DNA of 62,518 nucleotides, filler included, from Phoronis australis (taxonomy: Eukaryota > Animalia > Phoronida), in assembly GCA_002633005.1 (NCBI GenBank). It is 2 parts of 2 records of this genome, joined end to end, with 100 filler letters (N's around TTAATTAATTAA, not from the genome) between each part and the next. Parts side by side here need not be neighbours in the genome. Positions count along the whole stretch, not along the records: positions 1 to 31,123 come from NMRA01001126.1; 1 more part is not named here. One strand, given 5' to 3'. The notes beneath the pieces are model-generated. The model ran no database searches and was not told the DNA's origin. It saw only the letters and a list, made by a program, of their open reading frames with translations. Shown here one piece after another: positions 12,160-24,600 of this stretch. Each line of letters starts with the position of its first letter. The stretch's first letter is position 1. A program made the position numbers and the translations under genes.

Positions 12160-14240
12160 GTAAGTCATCACATGAATAATTATTGGCAGATCATGTGTTG
12201 GGTGGAAGACAATAATGCTAAGCTAATTGAATCATGCAGGTTCTGATTTCTAGAAGAGAGTTGCTGGAATCAAACCTGGTTTCTGCTTCCAGGTTCCAGG
12301 TTCTGAGTCGACAAAATCATAAACATTTAATCTGACGAGGTGAGTCCTGCGCGCAGCCACGTGAACACTAATCTCGAGAAGATTTCACCGGGGCTAAGTC
12401 GGTCGAACCTGGAACTGGACGATATACAGAGATCAAGTCTTCTTTTAATGACGTGGGGTTGATTTTACCCTTTGCATCCGGCTGCTTTAGATAGCTTATA
12501 CCATATCTCTTCCGTTCAATAGTCAGAGGCTAATGTAACGTGTGCCCCACTTTGATTGCTGTGAATTCGTTTTAGGCTGATGACAAATGATCATCATCCT
12601 GGTATCAGGTTCATGTTTATTCATAGTGTCATTCATGGATAACTTATGAATCAATCTATCAAACAAATTTATTTCTGTAATAAAGACCCTAGGTCCACTG
12701 CACAAGAGAACAGCTTGTAACGTAATTAAGAGTGCAGCAAGTTATCACGGAGACGGAAAGCGTAAAATACGTGTTTACCTAGATTAATTTATCATTTCTC
12801 AGTGATCATATAAACTACCACTATTGGTTATAAACCTTGCGTGAAAAAATAAACCAGCTTGTTTTTGTGAATTCTTGTCAACCTTTTATGTTAAACAATA
12901 ACGTCCACATAAATTCATGAAACTGGTTGTTACGAATTCTCATAGATTTTATGATACTGAATTATGACAAACCAAAATCGCCTGTGTATTCCAGTTGAAC
13001 TTGTATTCCCTGCGATCACACAAAACTTTTATACTGAAGATAAATTTGGAATTATTTATAGTATTTCAAGTGTCTCTATAGTCGACAGGCAGAGTTGTAT
13101 AGTGTTGTTTAGAACACAATTCGTGATGCGCAAATTATGCATTTTGCGGGCTGGGGTAAAACGTGCCCACCTGGAAATAATCTGATTGAGTTCAATTTGT
13201 AAACGTGGGTTTCGCGCAATGGTAACAAGACTATTTATGTATATAGTACCGTATTGCGCGTTTTTACGCACAATTGTGGCATTATCCGGAATTTGGCGCA
13301 TTTGCCTATGCATGAAACTCCTGTGTAAAACATGGGTGCATTTATAAACGTTTAAGCATTTCTGATAAAAACGCATTACTTTGGATGTCATGGGCGCATG
13401 GGCGTAAATACTCTCATAAATGTAGTGAACCTATAGTCTAAAGAAAGGATTGATCTCTCGCCCATGACATGAGACTCAAAACAGTTCACGGCTCAGTAGT
13501 AACGACTGCGCCCACTATCAAGTCACAGTAATACAGTAACCAATTTCTCGTACATTGGGTAAACTTATCTATCTACAATGTTTATAACCTTGTGAATTCA
13601 TTAATTAAATTAATGTCCGTCCACGCGCATAGTTATTTAGTTGCCAGAAAGCTAACGGAATCTCGTCGGAATGGTATAGTTGCTTTTTATGACGTAAATC
13701 GCGAAAACAGCTGAAAAATAGCCACAAGTGCGGAGAATTACTCGAACATTTTATTGCCAAAGTTTTAGGATAATCTGCAAGACGAAGTTTTTGCTTCCTT
13801 CGCGACTTGAACAATAGCTGTTCTCGCGCGGTGAAGCCAAAACTGGTCGATTTTGGTCTGTGCCCGATTCATTTTGAAAGTTGCGGGTTACAACAGGCGT
13901 CAGGTGAGACTGAGGGTAAGGAAAACGAATCCCGACTGGTGGCAGTTGATTTTTTTTTAAAGTATGGCAACTAAAGATACAGTATTACAACGCCAGTTTC
14001 GGAAAACGCTGACTAGAACTAATTTTGTTTACCAGTTAGTTCTCGATTTGATATAATGATGACAGTAGTTGTATAGTCTGCCTGTTTTCTGTAAACAATA
14101 ACTGTTATTCCCCCTTTGTATATTCTACATTCGAGCGACAAAATTTCTTTTGCGCAAACATTAAATGTGAACGGGAAATGTGTTAGCTTGCCTGTTTATA
14201 AAACTGGTTATTGTTTCTATAAATATGTGACTCGAAATTC

Positions 14241-14442
14241 ACCAGGTGCCCGGTGCTAATAAAATAAGGATCCTATTGTGAAAAGGCGTGCATGCATTTA
14301 AGGGTGAGCTCCGTATGACAAATTAATTGCAAGAAAAGCAAAACCACGCAAGACCACGCAAGACCACGCAACATCACGCGAGTGAAAGGCTAGCGTGTTT
14401 CGAGTTAGCTCGAGATTTTATTCGTGTTCTCTAGGCACCTGG
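14241..14442. mobile_element. Small MITE-like element in intron 2
   Basis: Inverted CCAGGTGCC...AATAAAAT / ATTTTATT...GGCACCTGG; internal (ACCACGCAAG)x3. Confidence 0.4.
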
Positions 14443-14797
14443 CTGCCACTGAAATGATTTGCGAGGCTCGAACGTTGAATTATGGAAATAAAGTTCTCCT
14501 AAATTCTTTAAGCCGATATGGATTCCCTCCATAAGTGTCTCGCAACTGTTTACATTTACAGAACGCAGCCCAGGTACAAGTAGTAAGGTAGGACCAATAG
14601 TTCAAAATCGCTCCATTCCTGGCGAAGTACTTCTATTCTTAATCTATCTTGATGTCAGGAGGGAGAAGGCCTTTTTTCATTAGTACCGACTTTCCGAATA
14701 CGGATAATTTTTCGTGCAGTTATTGTGCAATATGTATACAATAGTTCCAGTGGCACATTTTTGATTAATTATAAACCACGTGCATACGTGTTCACAG

Positions 14798-14877
14798 GTG
14801 CATGTGCGCTAGCGAAGCTGGAGAGTTCATCGATAACTACAAGGATCACATTGTCAACTATGGCGCCATGAACTGCA
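14798..14877 (+). CDS. Exon 3 of thyropin-like gene (domain 1, C-terminal part)
   Basis: TTCACAG acceptor; VCMCASEAGEFIDNYKDHIVNYGAMNC (CWCV-equivalent is CMCA); GTAAGT donor at 14878, phase 1. Confidence 0.9.
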
Positions 14878-15755
14878 GTAAGTACGGTTGAACTGAAGTA
14901 AAGTTGAGCTCAGTAAATAGGAATTGGTTGCAATGAATAAGAATGATGAAAAGCAAATGCAACAGTTGAGAGAACTGCAAAATGTACTTGTTGGAACGGA
15001 TTGTGGTAAAAATTATGGAAGTTCACCAATGTAAGAATGTAGTGCACAAAACAAAGACGGATGCAGTGACTTAGATAAGAAAACTTTCAAAATAAAAAAC
15101 AGTAATTAGGCTCAGGAAAGAAATGTAAGAATTAACTCCAGCACTTAGGAACGGACCTATAATAATGAACTGCGGTAAGTAAAAATTAGCTGAAGCACGT
15201 ATGAGAATTGTACTGAGTTAATACCTACACGGACCTTGTATGAAAGGACAGCATCGTGTAGAAAGCGATGTGTGAAGTACTAACCAATCTGGAGTGATCA
15301 TTACGAATAAGCAACAACAAGAGAAAACTGCGATGAGTAATGAGAAGAAACTACAAGTTCATGTATATAGTACGTCGCTAATTGCTCGTAAATATAAGCA
15401 TTTTCACCAATGACGGATAAGGTTTATCGAAGCTCCAAATTTATTATAGTGTCATATTCGTTGTATAAATTGGCTAAACATCCAAACAGCGAATAGAACG
15501 TTTGGAGCAATATAAATAATGTTTTCATGATAACGTTTTTCAAATGAAACACTTTAATACAGTCTGTACAATCAATGGTCTAGGCTACACCGAAGTACTC
15601 AGTGTTTTTTGCTCGTAAGTAAATTTATTGGATTTTGAAACACAGTGTCACTAAATGTTCCACCACGCATGTTTTCCCAAATGATTTTTACCGGTGTCGT
15701 TTGAAACTGGTTGTAAATCCTCATTCACATGCAACCCTTAAATTCATTCATATAG

Positions 15756-15946
15756 ACTGCGCTCGTGACGAGTTTGACTTCAAGAAAACAAAGATGGTTG
15801 GGTTGAAGTTCAACTGCAGAGACAATGGCAATTACGAAGACATCCAATGCATGGGGAGCGTATGCGGCTGTGTAGACAGTGAGGGCAACTTCCGGGATGA
15901 TACGAAAATGGTGCCCATTTTCGAGCAAGGCAAACTCACGTGTTGA
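15756..15946 (+). CDS. Exon 4 of thyropin-like gene (thyroglobulin type-1 domain 2, stop)
   Basis: TATAG acceptor; NCARDEFDFKKTKMVGLKFNCRDNGNYEDIQCMGSVCGCVDSEG...KLTC*; the four exons sum to 450 nt = 149 aa + stop with compatible phases. Confidence 0.9.
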
Positions 15947-16839
15947 TTTTATACAAGATATGACGACGAAGTTTTATTAATATAAGTTAACACATTTTAA
16001 AACAATTTTATGGTCGTTTTCTTTTCCACGCTCTTGTGAACGCAGGACTAATGATAAGAACGACAAATTGAAAAACCAGAGCCAAAGTAATCCTCTCGGA
16101 GCACAAGTCATAAAACACCTGGCCTATGGGTTCATTGTGGATAACGTATAATAATTAGAGAGAGATAAGATAAACCAATATTTCAGATTTCGTTCTCATG
16201 ACCACCGAGTCTTAGCCTCAAACGCATATTGTCAACCAACAGAATGCGACCACAACTACTTAGTTTTAATACATAAATGCATTACCACGTGTTGATGAGG
16301 CTAAGGACACTACCGACATGAATTGATAAAAAGCAATCTATCCATTTTGCTGCCACAACTTACATGTAAACATTTACCTACAAAATCGTGGTGTCGACAA
16401 TGATACATGTACACTTTGCACGCAACAGAATGCAAGAAAGCGACATTTTCCAATCGTTTTGTTAAGGCAGAACTTCGCACGTCATTTCAATGCTGTCCAA
16501 TCGCCATTTTGCAAGATAAGAAGCAAAATATTTTTGTCCCGATTCCTTTGGCATCATGTTCCTATCCTGTTACTATACAACGGAAATTCGCGTGACTTTT
16601 ATGAGAGTTGACGCTGCGGCTTTTCCAAACGTCCAGGGCTATAGACCTCGGGCTGTTTCTAGAAGAGTCTAAGTGAAATTATTCTCAAGGACATCACGAT
16701 TGCCAAATTCTTAAAAACAAATTAATGAAAATCAAAAGACAAGATTTCGTATACAAAGTATGAATAATGTAGTTAAACATGTTTTAGTCAATGTATGCGT
16801 TTTCTACAGCTTTTATGTTGTTGAAAAAGCAGTTTGCAA

Positions 16840-17733
16840 GATTATTTGTAGCAGTTGCCACAGTAACTATGTTGAGATGTTCAAAATAACGCTACTGGTG
16901 TTGACATACAAGCCTTTGATTAATGTTTTAAATTATACCAATATATTGCTTTAGGTGTACAAGGTACTCAGATTTTATGTTGTTCCATAAGGTATTCCAT
17001 GTTTGTGAGAATGAGTTACCTTGACAACCATTTTGGATGTTCAAAAGTGTCCTAGCGATTATGAAATACATTTGATAGAGCAAACAGTGTTTGCTTCCCG
17101 TCATACAGTGTATATACTTTACTGCACTAGTTCCAAGTACCATGTTACCATGGCAACGGTCCACGTTCAAACTTGGCAATTACACTACAAAGTCTTAGGA
17201 TGGTTCATAAAAATAATTTTAGCATGTTTGCCTGCCTTCTAATGTTGATCTTTATAGTGAAAATACCCCGTTACCATGGTAACGATACCCAAATCAGCTT
17301 AGCAACACTTTTTAATTACTCTTGGCAAGGTTGTCTGCTTCCAACATCAATTTGCCCCCAACCAGAAATTGCTGATGTTTACTGGTTACCTGTTGATCAT
17401 AGCAACGGTGCATATTTTAGCTTAACGACCCCCTAAATTTCAAAGGAGGGTCACTGTCAGAACTTTGAGCACGGTTGCCTGCTTCTAGTATGAGTTATTC
17501 AATGTAAATTTACTGATTTAGGCCGGCTGACTATATTACGTGTATTATCATTTGGTTCGGTTAGCAACGGTCCGATGGTTACAAGACACAAACTGTAACC
17601 AGTTGAACAATTTTGATAATCAAATAACACTACCTGAATAGAAGTAGCTTATTTTCTTTTAAAAAAATCAATAAAGGGGGTTGCCGCGACTATGGATATG
17701 CATTCATCGCACGTATTCAAGGCAACTCCCTAG
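16840..17733 (+). mobile_element. Rolling-circle-type (Helitron/Helentron-like) repeat with ~125-160-bp internal units, each carrying an X-box-like motif
   Basis: GTTRCCATGGYAAC-like motifs at 16854, 17015, 17144, 17270, 17392 and ~17555; inverted repeat AGGGGGTTGCC...GGCAACTCCCT ending in CTAG at 17730-17733. Confidence 0.45.
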
Positions 17734-19290
17734 AGATTGCTATCGTGTGTTCGCCGACAGTGTTTGGTGGAAATCAATTTTTTGGTTCTGAGAATTTTTT
17801 TTAAAGACGGTATGTGGTCGATATGAATGCGGTCGTATAGTCGCTTTAAATTTTATATGTTTCCACTCTGAAAAATGCACTTTTGAACAATTAAATTCTG
17901 TTGTTGGATATACATGTATTGAGATTTTAATGAATGCGCAGATGCAAATAGGTACATGTAATGTCCTTGCTGTACGACCTCTAGCTACCAAGCATTGACA
18001 CCAATGATCGCCTGTGGTTACTGCTGAAACAGCACTGGAGCATGTTGACTCTAAATGGTTTGGCTCAGTAACACTGACCTACGTAATGTGTGAACAATAG
18101 AATGGGTTTTAAAATGTAAAAAGTTAAAATGGTGACGATACTGGTTGTCAATTCACTTAGACATTTTTACTCTATCAATTACGAGAAAACAAATCAGCAT
18201 TACAAGAACAGAGGTACAGTGTATGGCGAGTATCATCTATTTAAAAAATCAGGCAATTTTCATGAACTACATGTAGTTTGACAAATAAACAGCTGTTATA
18301 AGATTTTGTTCAACAATCAATGTCTAAATAGAATACATGCTGGTCCAACAGGATATATGACCCAGAATGACTTGCCATATTCTTTTGGACAAGTTGGGCG
18401 ATTGATAAGGCCAGAAACAAATGCCAATCAATAGTTTTGCACACATTGAATTTAAAATGATACCAAGCTTTATGAGAAATCTATTGTCATCAGTGGATAA
18501 CTGGACTGGAGTAAAAGATTACGGACGGAAGAGCGACGTCTTCTTGCCAGGGTGCTCTAGGTGATTGTAACAATTTCCTATGGTTAAAAGTTGTAACTGT
18601 AAATTCCCAGTTTAAGCTCTGTTTTAGAAACGCACGTTGTCAATATTCCTATTTATAAGGTTCATAGATGGTGTGGCGTGAGGTTTATATTATAAAAAGT
18701 TGCATTTTGCCAATTTGAACCAATACGTTAGCGCAAGGAAATACATGTAGGCATTGTTATATTGTTCGTTTCCAATTTGGAGTAGTAGCTAGGTGTGGCG
18801 TATTCACTTTTCATCCCTATAGGACGATACCTCGCAAAAATCTCCTTTGACCTAGAGGTAGAAAAACTAGTTGATACATTGACCTCGTTATACAAATGTT
18901 GGACTGATTCTAGCAATCACGTCGGAAAATGTCGCGGATACTTCTCAAGTGAATGCAACTTCTGCCGGCGGAGTTGAAGCTCTTGTAAGCACAGCAGTAA
19001 AACTTCGCTGGTATTGGAAAGTCGGTTACAATTTACGCCATCAAGAACAAAAACTTGAAAAAAGTAAGACACCGACAAATAATACGAGAAACTTCAATGG
19101 TGCGAAAACAAAGCTAGAGAAATATTTGGCAGATGTTGCAGAGTTGTGAGTAAAGGCTTTGGTATTCAGTGTCGCTGTGTAGTGTGGGAGCGCCACATAC
19201 TATATACTGTAGGAAGAATTCTTAGGTGAGCACATGTGAGCTGTATTTGTATCCTGTCCAGACTTGTCTTGCCTTTCCAAATTGTGTACT

Positions 19291-20352
19291 TCAAGATTTT
19301 ACTGAAGTGTTCTCATCAGATAACTTTTCAAGGTCTTCAAAGGCGAAGTGTGTCATGACACGTATTCTGCCAGAAGTAAAACGTTCTCCCATATCGTGAG
19401 ATGCCAGCAAGGTTTTTAACAGAAATCGTCGTTCCTCAGGATTCGGAAACATGTTAAACGTATCCTCTCTCTGAACATTGACATTGTCCACTGGCTGTAT
19501 TCCCAGTTTATAGGCAACTATTCCAAGAAATACATCGTCAAATGGAAACAGTTCTACGTAGGGTATCGCTAAAAAGAACTCAAGAGCCACATCGCTGGTC
19601 ATCATAAGGAAACCTGTTGTTACGTATGGAGGATAGGCGTCAAACGGATAGCGTGCAATTGAAACGTGCCATTTACTGGAATGGTCACGAATTGGTTGAA
19701 TCAGTTTCTTCATATTGCCAGGTACATGACCTTCATAGAGGCCAGTACTATTTACAGATTCAAGGTGTTTCACGATGTTGTAAGGGATTGCAAAGATGTC
19801 GTCATCTGTTAAAATAACGTTTGGTACAGATGTGCAGTACGTTGATGCCCATTTCAAAGCCATAATGATTTTCAATGTGTTGTTGTAATAAGAATCTGTA
19901 AAATTTGCCTGTATCAAGTCTTTTTGTTTCTGTTGTTCTTTATGGATAGCATGCTGAGTTTCTTCTTCAGCTAAGCCAAGTATGAAAAAGACGAGTATTT
20001 TCTTTCCTTTTGCCAACTTTCTGTCGTTCGCCCACGTCATACGCAGCGCGTTCCGCGAGTCCTGAGATCTAGGACGCGACTTAACGATAAACACCACATA
20101 CGGTTTCACTTTGTCGCACCTTTTTCTATCGCCAAGTACGAAGTCAAAATCCGTGACAGCTCTGTGGATAGGATTGACGTTTGCTTTACCAAATTCTTTG
20201 ATAGTCGACACGATTGCCTTAACGTCTCCGCTATATGGGTATTCATCAAATCTACCAAATGGAAATTCTTTGTTCCAGCGGTATAGCAAGCCAATGAACA
20301 TTAAAGACATTGCGCCTGTAAAAATTATGACTGTTCGCTTTAGTGACGGCAT
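19291..20352 (-). CDS. GT31 beta-1,3-glycosyltransferase, brainiac-like, single coding exon, 353 aa
   Basis: Type II transmembrane segment near the N-terminus; motifs FIVKS, RNALRMTW, DLIQANFTDSYYNNTLK, TDDD (DxD), PIRDHSSKWHVS, YPPYVTTG, FDDVFLG; first ATG is at 20352 (the ORF track starts at an upstream GTG). Confidence 0.92.
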   Translation of the reverse strand: MPSLKRTVIIFTGAMSLMFIGLLYRWNKEFPFGRFDEYPYSGDVKAIVSTIKEFGKANVNPIHRAVTDFDFVLGDRKRCDKVKPYVVFIVKSRPRSQDSRNALRMTWANDRKLAKGKKILVFFILGLAEEETQHAIHKEQQKQKDLIQANFTDSYYNNTLKIIMALKWASTYCTSVPNVILTDDDIFAIPYNIVKHLESVNSTGLYEGHVPGNMKKLIQPIRDHSSKWHVSIARYPFDAYPPYVTTGFLMMTSDVALEFFLAIPYVELFPFDDVFLGIVAYKLGIQPVDNVNVQREDTFNMFPNPEERRFLLKTLLASHDMGERFTSGRIRVMTHFAFEDLEKLSDENTSVKS

Positions 20353-21399
20353 TACTGTCACGTACTACACGTTCCTATATATGTTCCTGTACTAGCCTGT
20401 CACAGGTGACTTTAAATGTTTTTTAATTACACGTGCCAGACACCTTGGGTGACAAACGCCGCATTATCACTGCAAAACGTTTAGTGCAACAAATAAATTT
20501 CTATTAATAACTGATCTTTAACATTATTATTACGAAGGCGGTTACCATGGCTGAACACAGGTATTAAAGATGCATAGTCTCATTAAAATGTGAATATGCA
20601 AATGAAATACTAATTTACAAACAAACCCGGGTCCTCCATTGTGCCGGAAACCATCCGAGAACCAGTTACCATTACAATCTCGCCAAAGTCTCGTTTTGTG
20701 ATATTATTTTATGTAAAGGAGTATGGTAATTTATCATCATTGCGGACGAACACCCGATGCTGGCAAAGAGAACAAAGACAGCATTCGTTCTGTAATTTCA
20801 TTTTTCCGTCACCTTGGACAATATTCAACATCATGTCATTTTGTGTCTCTGGTAAAACTGAAAATTCTAGGTATTTGAACACCCTTCTCGTCCACAGCTC
20901 TTACGTCGACACGGCAATCCCTGGGTAACCCCTACAGCATTGTCGTTACCCTAACAAAGCACAAATTTCATCATTATCAAATAATGATTGCGTAATATTT
21001 GGAATTACAAGAGTTTTATATGTTCACACTTGTGTATCAATTATCGTGGTGTTTTCTTTAAAACAACCATTTATTTTCAAATTGTGTCATTTCCTGATTA
21101 TACTTGTACACTCAATTCTCTCAATGCCTTCTGGGAGGGCAATTTTTCGCCGAGTGACGGGAAAAATCTACCTCCCGATCACCACTCAGTAGCACCCCCG
21201 CCCTGTTGCAAGTTCCCATAGGCTCTGTCTCAAGTAACATTGTGTGCTCTCAAATTGTCACTTGTGTGGTTAGGTGATTTGAACTTCGAAGAGAATTTTT
21301 TTAATTTTTTGGCCTAGTCGCGGTGGGGGAATTTCGCGTAATTTTTCAATATTTTTGAGATGGGAAGAGGGCCGATATTCGGGCCCAAAGTCGAGGGAT

Positions 21400-21695
21400 T
21401 GAGGGCCCTGTCTTTTTTGGAAAGAAAAATGCATCTTGTTTCAGCCCGTATTCATGAAAACACAGCCTGGTTGGCCGAAGATTCTCCGGTTGTTGCTATG
21501 CTCGGCAACCGAGATACGACAAAATATCATCTAACTTTTCTAAAACATTTATAAATTTTACACGGACACATTTTCCTTCGTGGCGGCGTATGGCAACGAC
21601 CCAACGCTTCCGAATCTCAACGTCCTTAAGGATTGTAAACAGACAGTTGCATGCCCGTATTATTTCGAGCCGCAACGCGGAATACACTGAACCAT
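21400..21695 (-). pseudogene. Degenerate THAP-domain N-terminus of a DNA transposase
   Basis: ATG at 21695: MVQCIPRCGSK*YGHATV / frameshift / FTILKDVEIRKRWVVAIRRHEGK ... GLKQDAFFFP; C-x-C, P/W and LKxDAxP hallmarks with a stop and frameshifts. Confidence 0.55.
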
Positions 21696-24600
21696 GCCAA
21701 TAAGCCAACAGAGCTATCGTAGCGAGTCTCGTTTTGGAACGCGCCTCCTATCGGCGTGAATTAGCACCGCTACATCCGGTTGCGTTAGTCTCCTGCACAG
21801 ACCCTCGAGGTTGGTTGGGGTCTGCTACAGCGCACTTTTCCATATGCATTCTTGGAATATCATTGGCTGTTCCAATTTCAAGAAACAAGGCATTCTATTG
21901 GTCGGTTGAATAATAGGTCAAACTAGTTCACCAATATGGCGACTTCCAGTAAGGGAATGTCGATGGATTTACAGCTATTTAAATCTCTCTGTTCTCGTCA
22001 AACTCCCGCATTTCAAAGCTAACGAGCCAAGAAATACATCACCAGTAACGTATACGAAACATTTAATGATAATTGTTATCTTGTATGCTATGCTGTATTC
22101 TGAATTGATGTGATTTTTTACGAAATAATTTGTGGAAGAGGATAGCCATTAGCTGATTAGGCCATCACAACAACAGTCATTGTAGGCACACTATAGCACC
22201 GAATAGCGGGAAAGGAGTAGCTGATTGCGTCGTGGCCACGGGAAATTGTCTCGATCTTTTCAGAGCACACCCTCTGGTATGTTAACATGTTCATGTACGT
22301 TATGTAAGCTCTCGTCATTACCGTGAAGGTTGAATTATTGGGTCACATAAGGATATATGCTGAAATACTGCTATCATGACAATGACATTGACATTGTAAT
22401 GTATAATACACTGGCACACTTGTCACTACCCACAGAAGTTAGGAGCAGAAAATACAGTCAATGGTCCTAAACACACAAACATTAACCAGTCTAGCAATAG
22501 TTTTATAATGACTGACATCGCTTTTGGTGGTGCCATTCAGCAGTGCCTCTGACTGCCGTACGGAGTATTCAGTTATTTCAGAGGGCGTTTGTTGCTGTGA
22601 AATTAGGATTATACACACTATTTTGTATAGTCAGCAAGATAAAACCTCAACCTTTTTTGAGTTGGCACAGTGATTAAAAACTGACCCATTTTGGTGAGAG
22701 CCCCGATGGATTAGTCAACTTTTCTGATAACATAATTATGCAAAGTTATTATTTACAGGGAATTGAATTTCAGCAAAAAGCTCTCTGGGCTGTATTCTTT
22801 TTAAAACAACAAACCTCAGTTGCATATGAAACCTTCAGTGGTTTTGGTGCTAAAATGGATCATTTTATACACTTCCAACCAAAAAGTAAATATTTTTGTG
22901 TGGAATTTATTTGGAGATTCACCCTTTCGTGACTTTTGCAATGCCCGAGTCAATGGTCAGAGTGTCACATTTGGTCATATGAAATCTATGCAAGTCTCCT
23001 CTCTCCTGGACCCCGACTCGTCGACTGTTTCATTTTTTCTTTCCACGTTCACATGATGTCAAGTGTTGTAGAGTGTGCAACAATCATCTATCAATTTCAG
23101 TTTAATTGCAAAACAAGATCTCAGAACCATTCTAAAACATTCTGAAACTACTAAGGTTCGCTGTAATCAAAACATCCTGAAGTTAAACATTGTAAACAAG
23201 CGAACTTTAAAAACCTGGTTCGTTAAATTGACTACTAGTTGCAAAAACATGTCACATTTCAAAATTGGGAGCTCAGGGTACTTCAAAGAGTTTAAGCTGG
23301 GTCACTAAACCCAAATTGACGATTTCTTGTGTGTTACTTGGGTTGGATTGTTATCCAGGCAATAGTCACTCACTGGCAATCCAAATTTTGAGAACAAGTT
23401 TTAATGCCTGCTATTCAGTGAAAAACAGGTTCCTGTTATACAGTAGAAAACACAGGCTCTCAAAGTGGGGGGTGCCCTGTATGTTACTATTACAATTATG
23501 TTTTGCTCAGTGTTTTGAGCAACATGCAAGTGTTTCATTCTTGTGGTTATGATCTACATAATACAGCAGTGATTTTAGTCAACATTTCGGTCTTTTCGAA
23601 CAGTTATTCAAAATTTCAAATTTGACTCTTACTGAGGGGCCCTCCTCGTGGCAAGAGTTGGGCTGTGTGAAATACTTCAGGACATTCGCACTGGCAAACA
23701 CCCTCACGTTGACAGCATTAATGTGTTCCTAGAAATAGTATACTCATAAGCTACAAAACACAACATGCCAAGAAATTTATCTAACCATTGGGAACCTTAT
23801 TTTGCTGATATATTGATTAGAATTATGGTTTAGTTTAGCGATAGACTGAAGTACTAAGTCTGGGCCTTAATATAGCCGTGGGCGCAAAACAGGGCTATCC
23901 CCTGCTCATAACAAACCCTTCCCCTGACAGAAACTCATTTCAGTTTTGTTCTTGCCTAGCTTCCCTGTCCCTGTCCCCTGTTCATGCAGTGCCTCCAAGT
24001 TGCCTCACATTACAGTCATTTGTTGCCAACAATTTCAAGTTAAGCTAACTCTTGAATAATTCTGACTACACCAGTGTTGCTATGGGAATAGGTTACTAAA
24101 GACCCGCTGCCATTCAAGTTGTACATTCACTGCCTTGTGAAAGCATAAACCTTTATGAAATTAACACCTGGGCCCTGGGTTTCAACTTTTTACTCAGAAT
24201 TATTTTTGTTATTTTCTATTCTAGTTTTGTTTGAACTCGAGATAAGTTTCTTTTATTCTGTACTTGAGTGCTTATTGATGGCAATTAATGATCCTTGCAT
24301 TAGAGCTAAAAGTTTCAGTCTGAGTTCGAGGTTTTGCTAGAAATCTTGAGTTTTTACTCAAATTTTAGCTCGAATCTAGTGGTCATTAAGTACTATCTTG
24401 AACTCGCAAGAAAGTGGACTAGAAGTGACAAAAACAATTTCGAGTTCGATTTGCATTGAAAGTTTCACTCTATAGGTGTATTCCCAAAACATGACGGCAT
24501 AATCCCTATTCAAGGTTTAAATCAATCCATAGAAGACTGGGCTAGAATCTGTTTAGCCTAAAAAGCATTTAAATGCTATGTGGAGAATAATAAAACATCT

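Noticed and set aside
15635-15755. N-terminal part of the 103-aa ORF in the track
   Set aside because: Intronic read-through from a non-ATG start; the real exon begins at 15756 after TATAG.
18949-19149. Possible Crypton/DUF3504-like N-terminal peptide (KLEKSKTPTNNTRNFNGAKTKLEKYL)
   Set aside because: Resemblance is too short and weak, and no downstream tyrosine-recombinase motifs were found.
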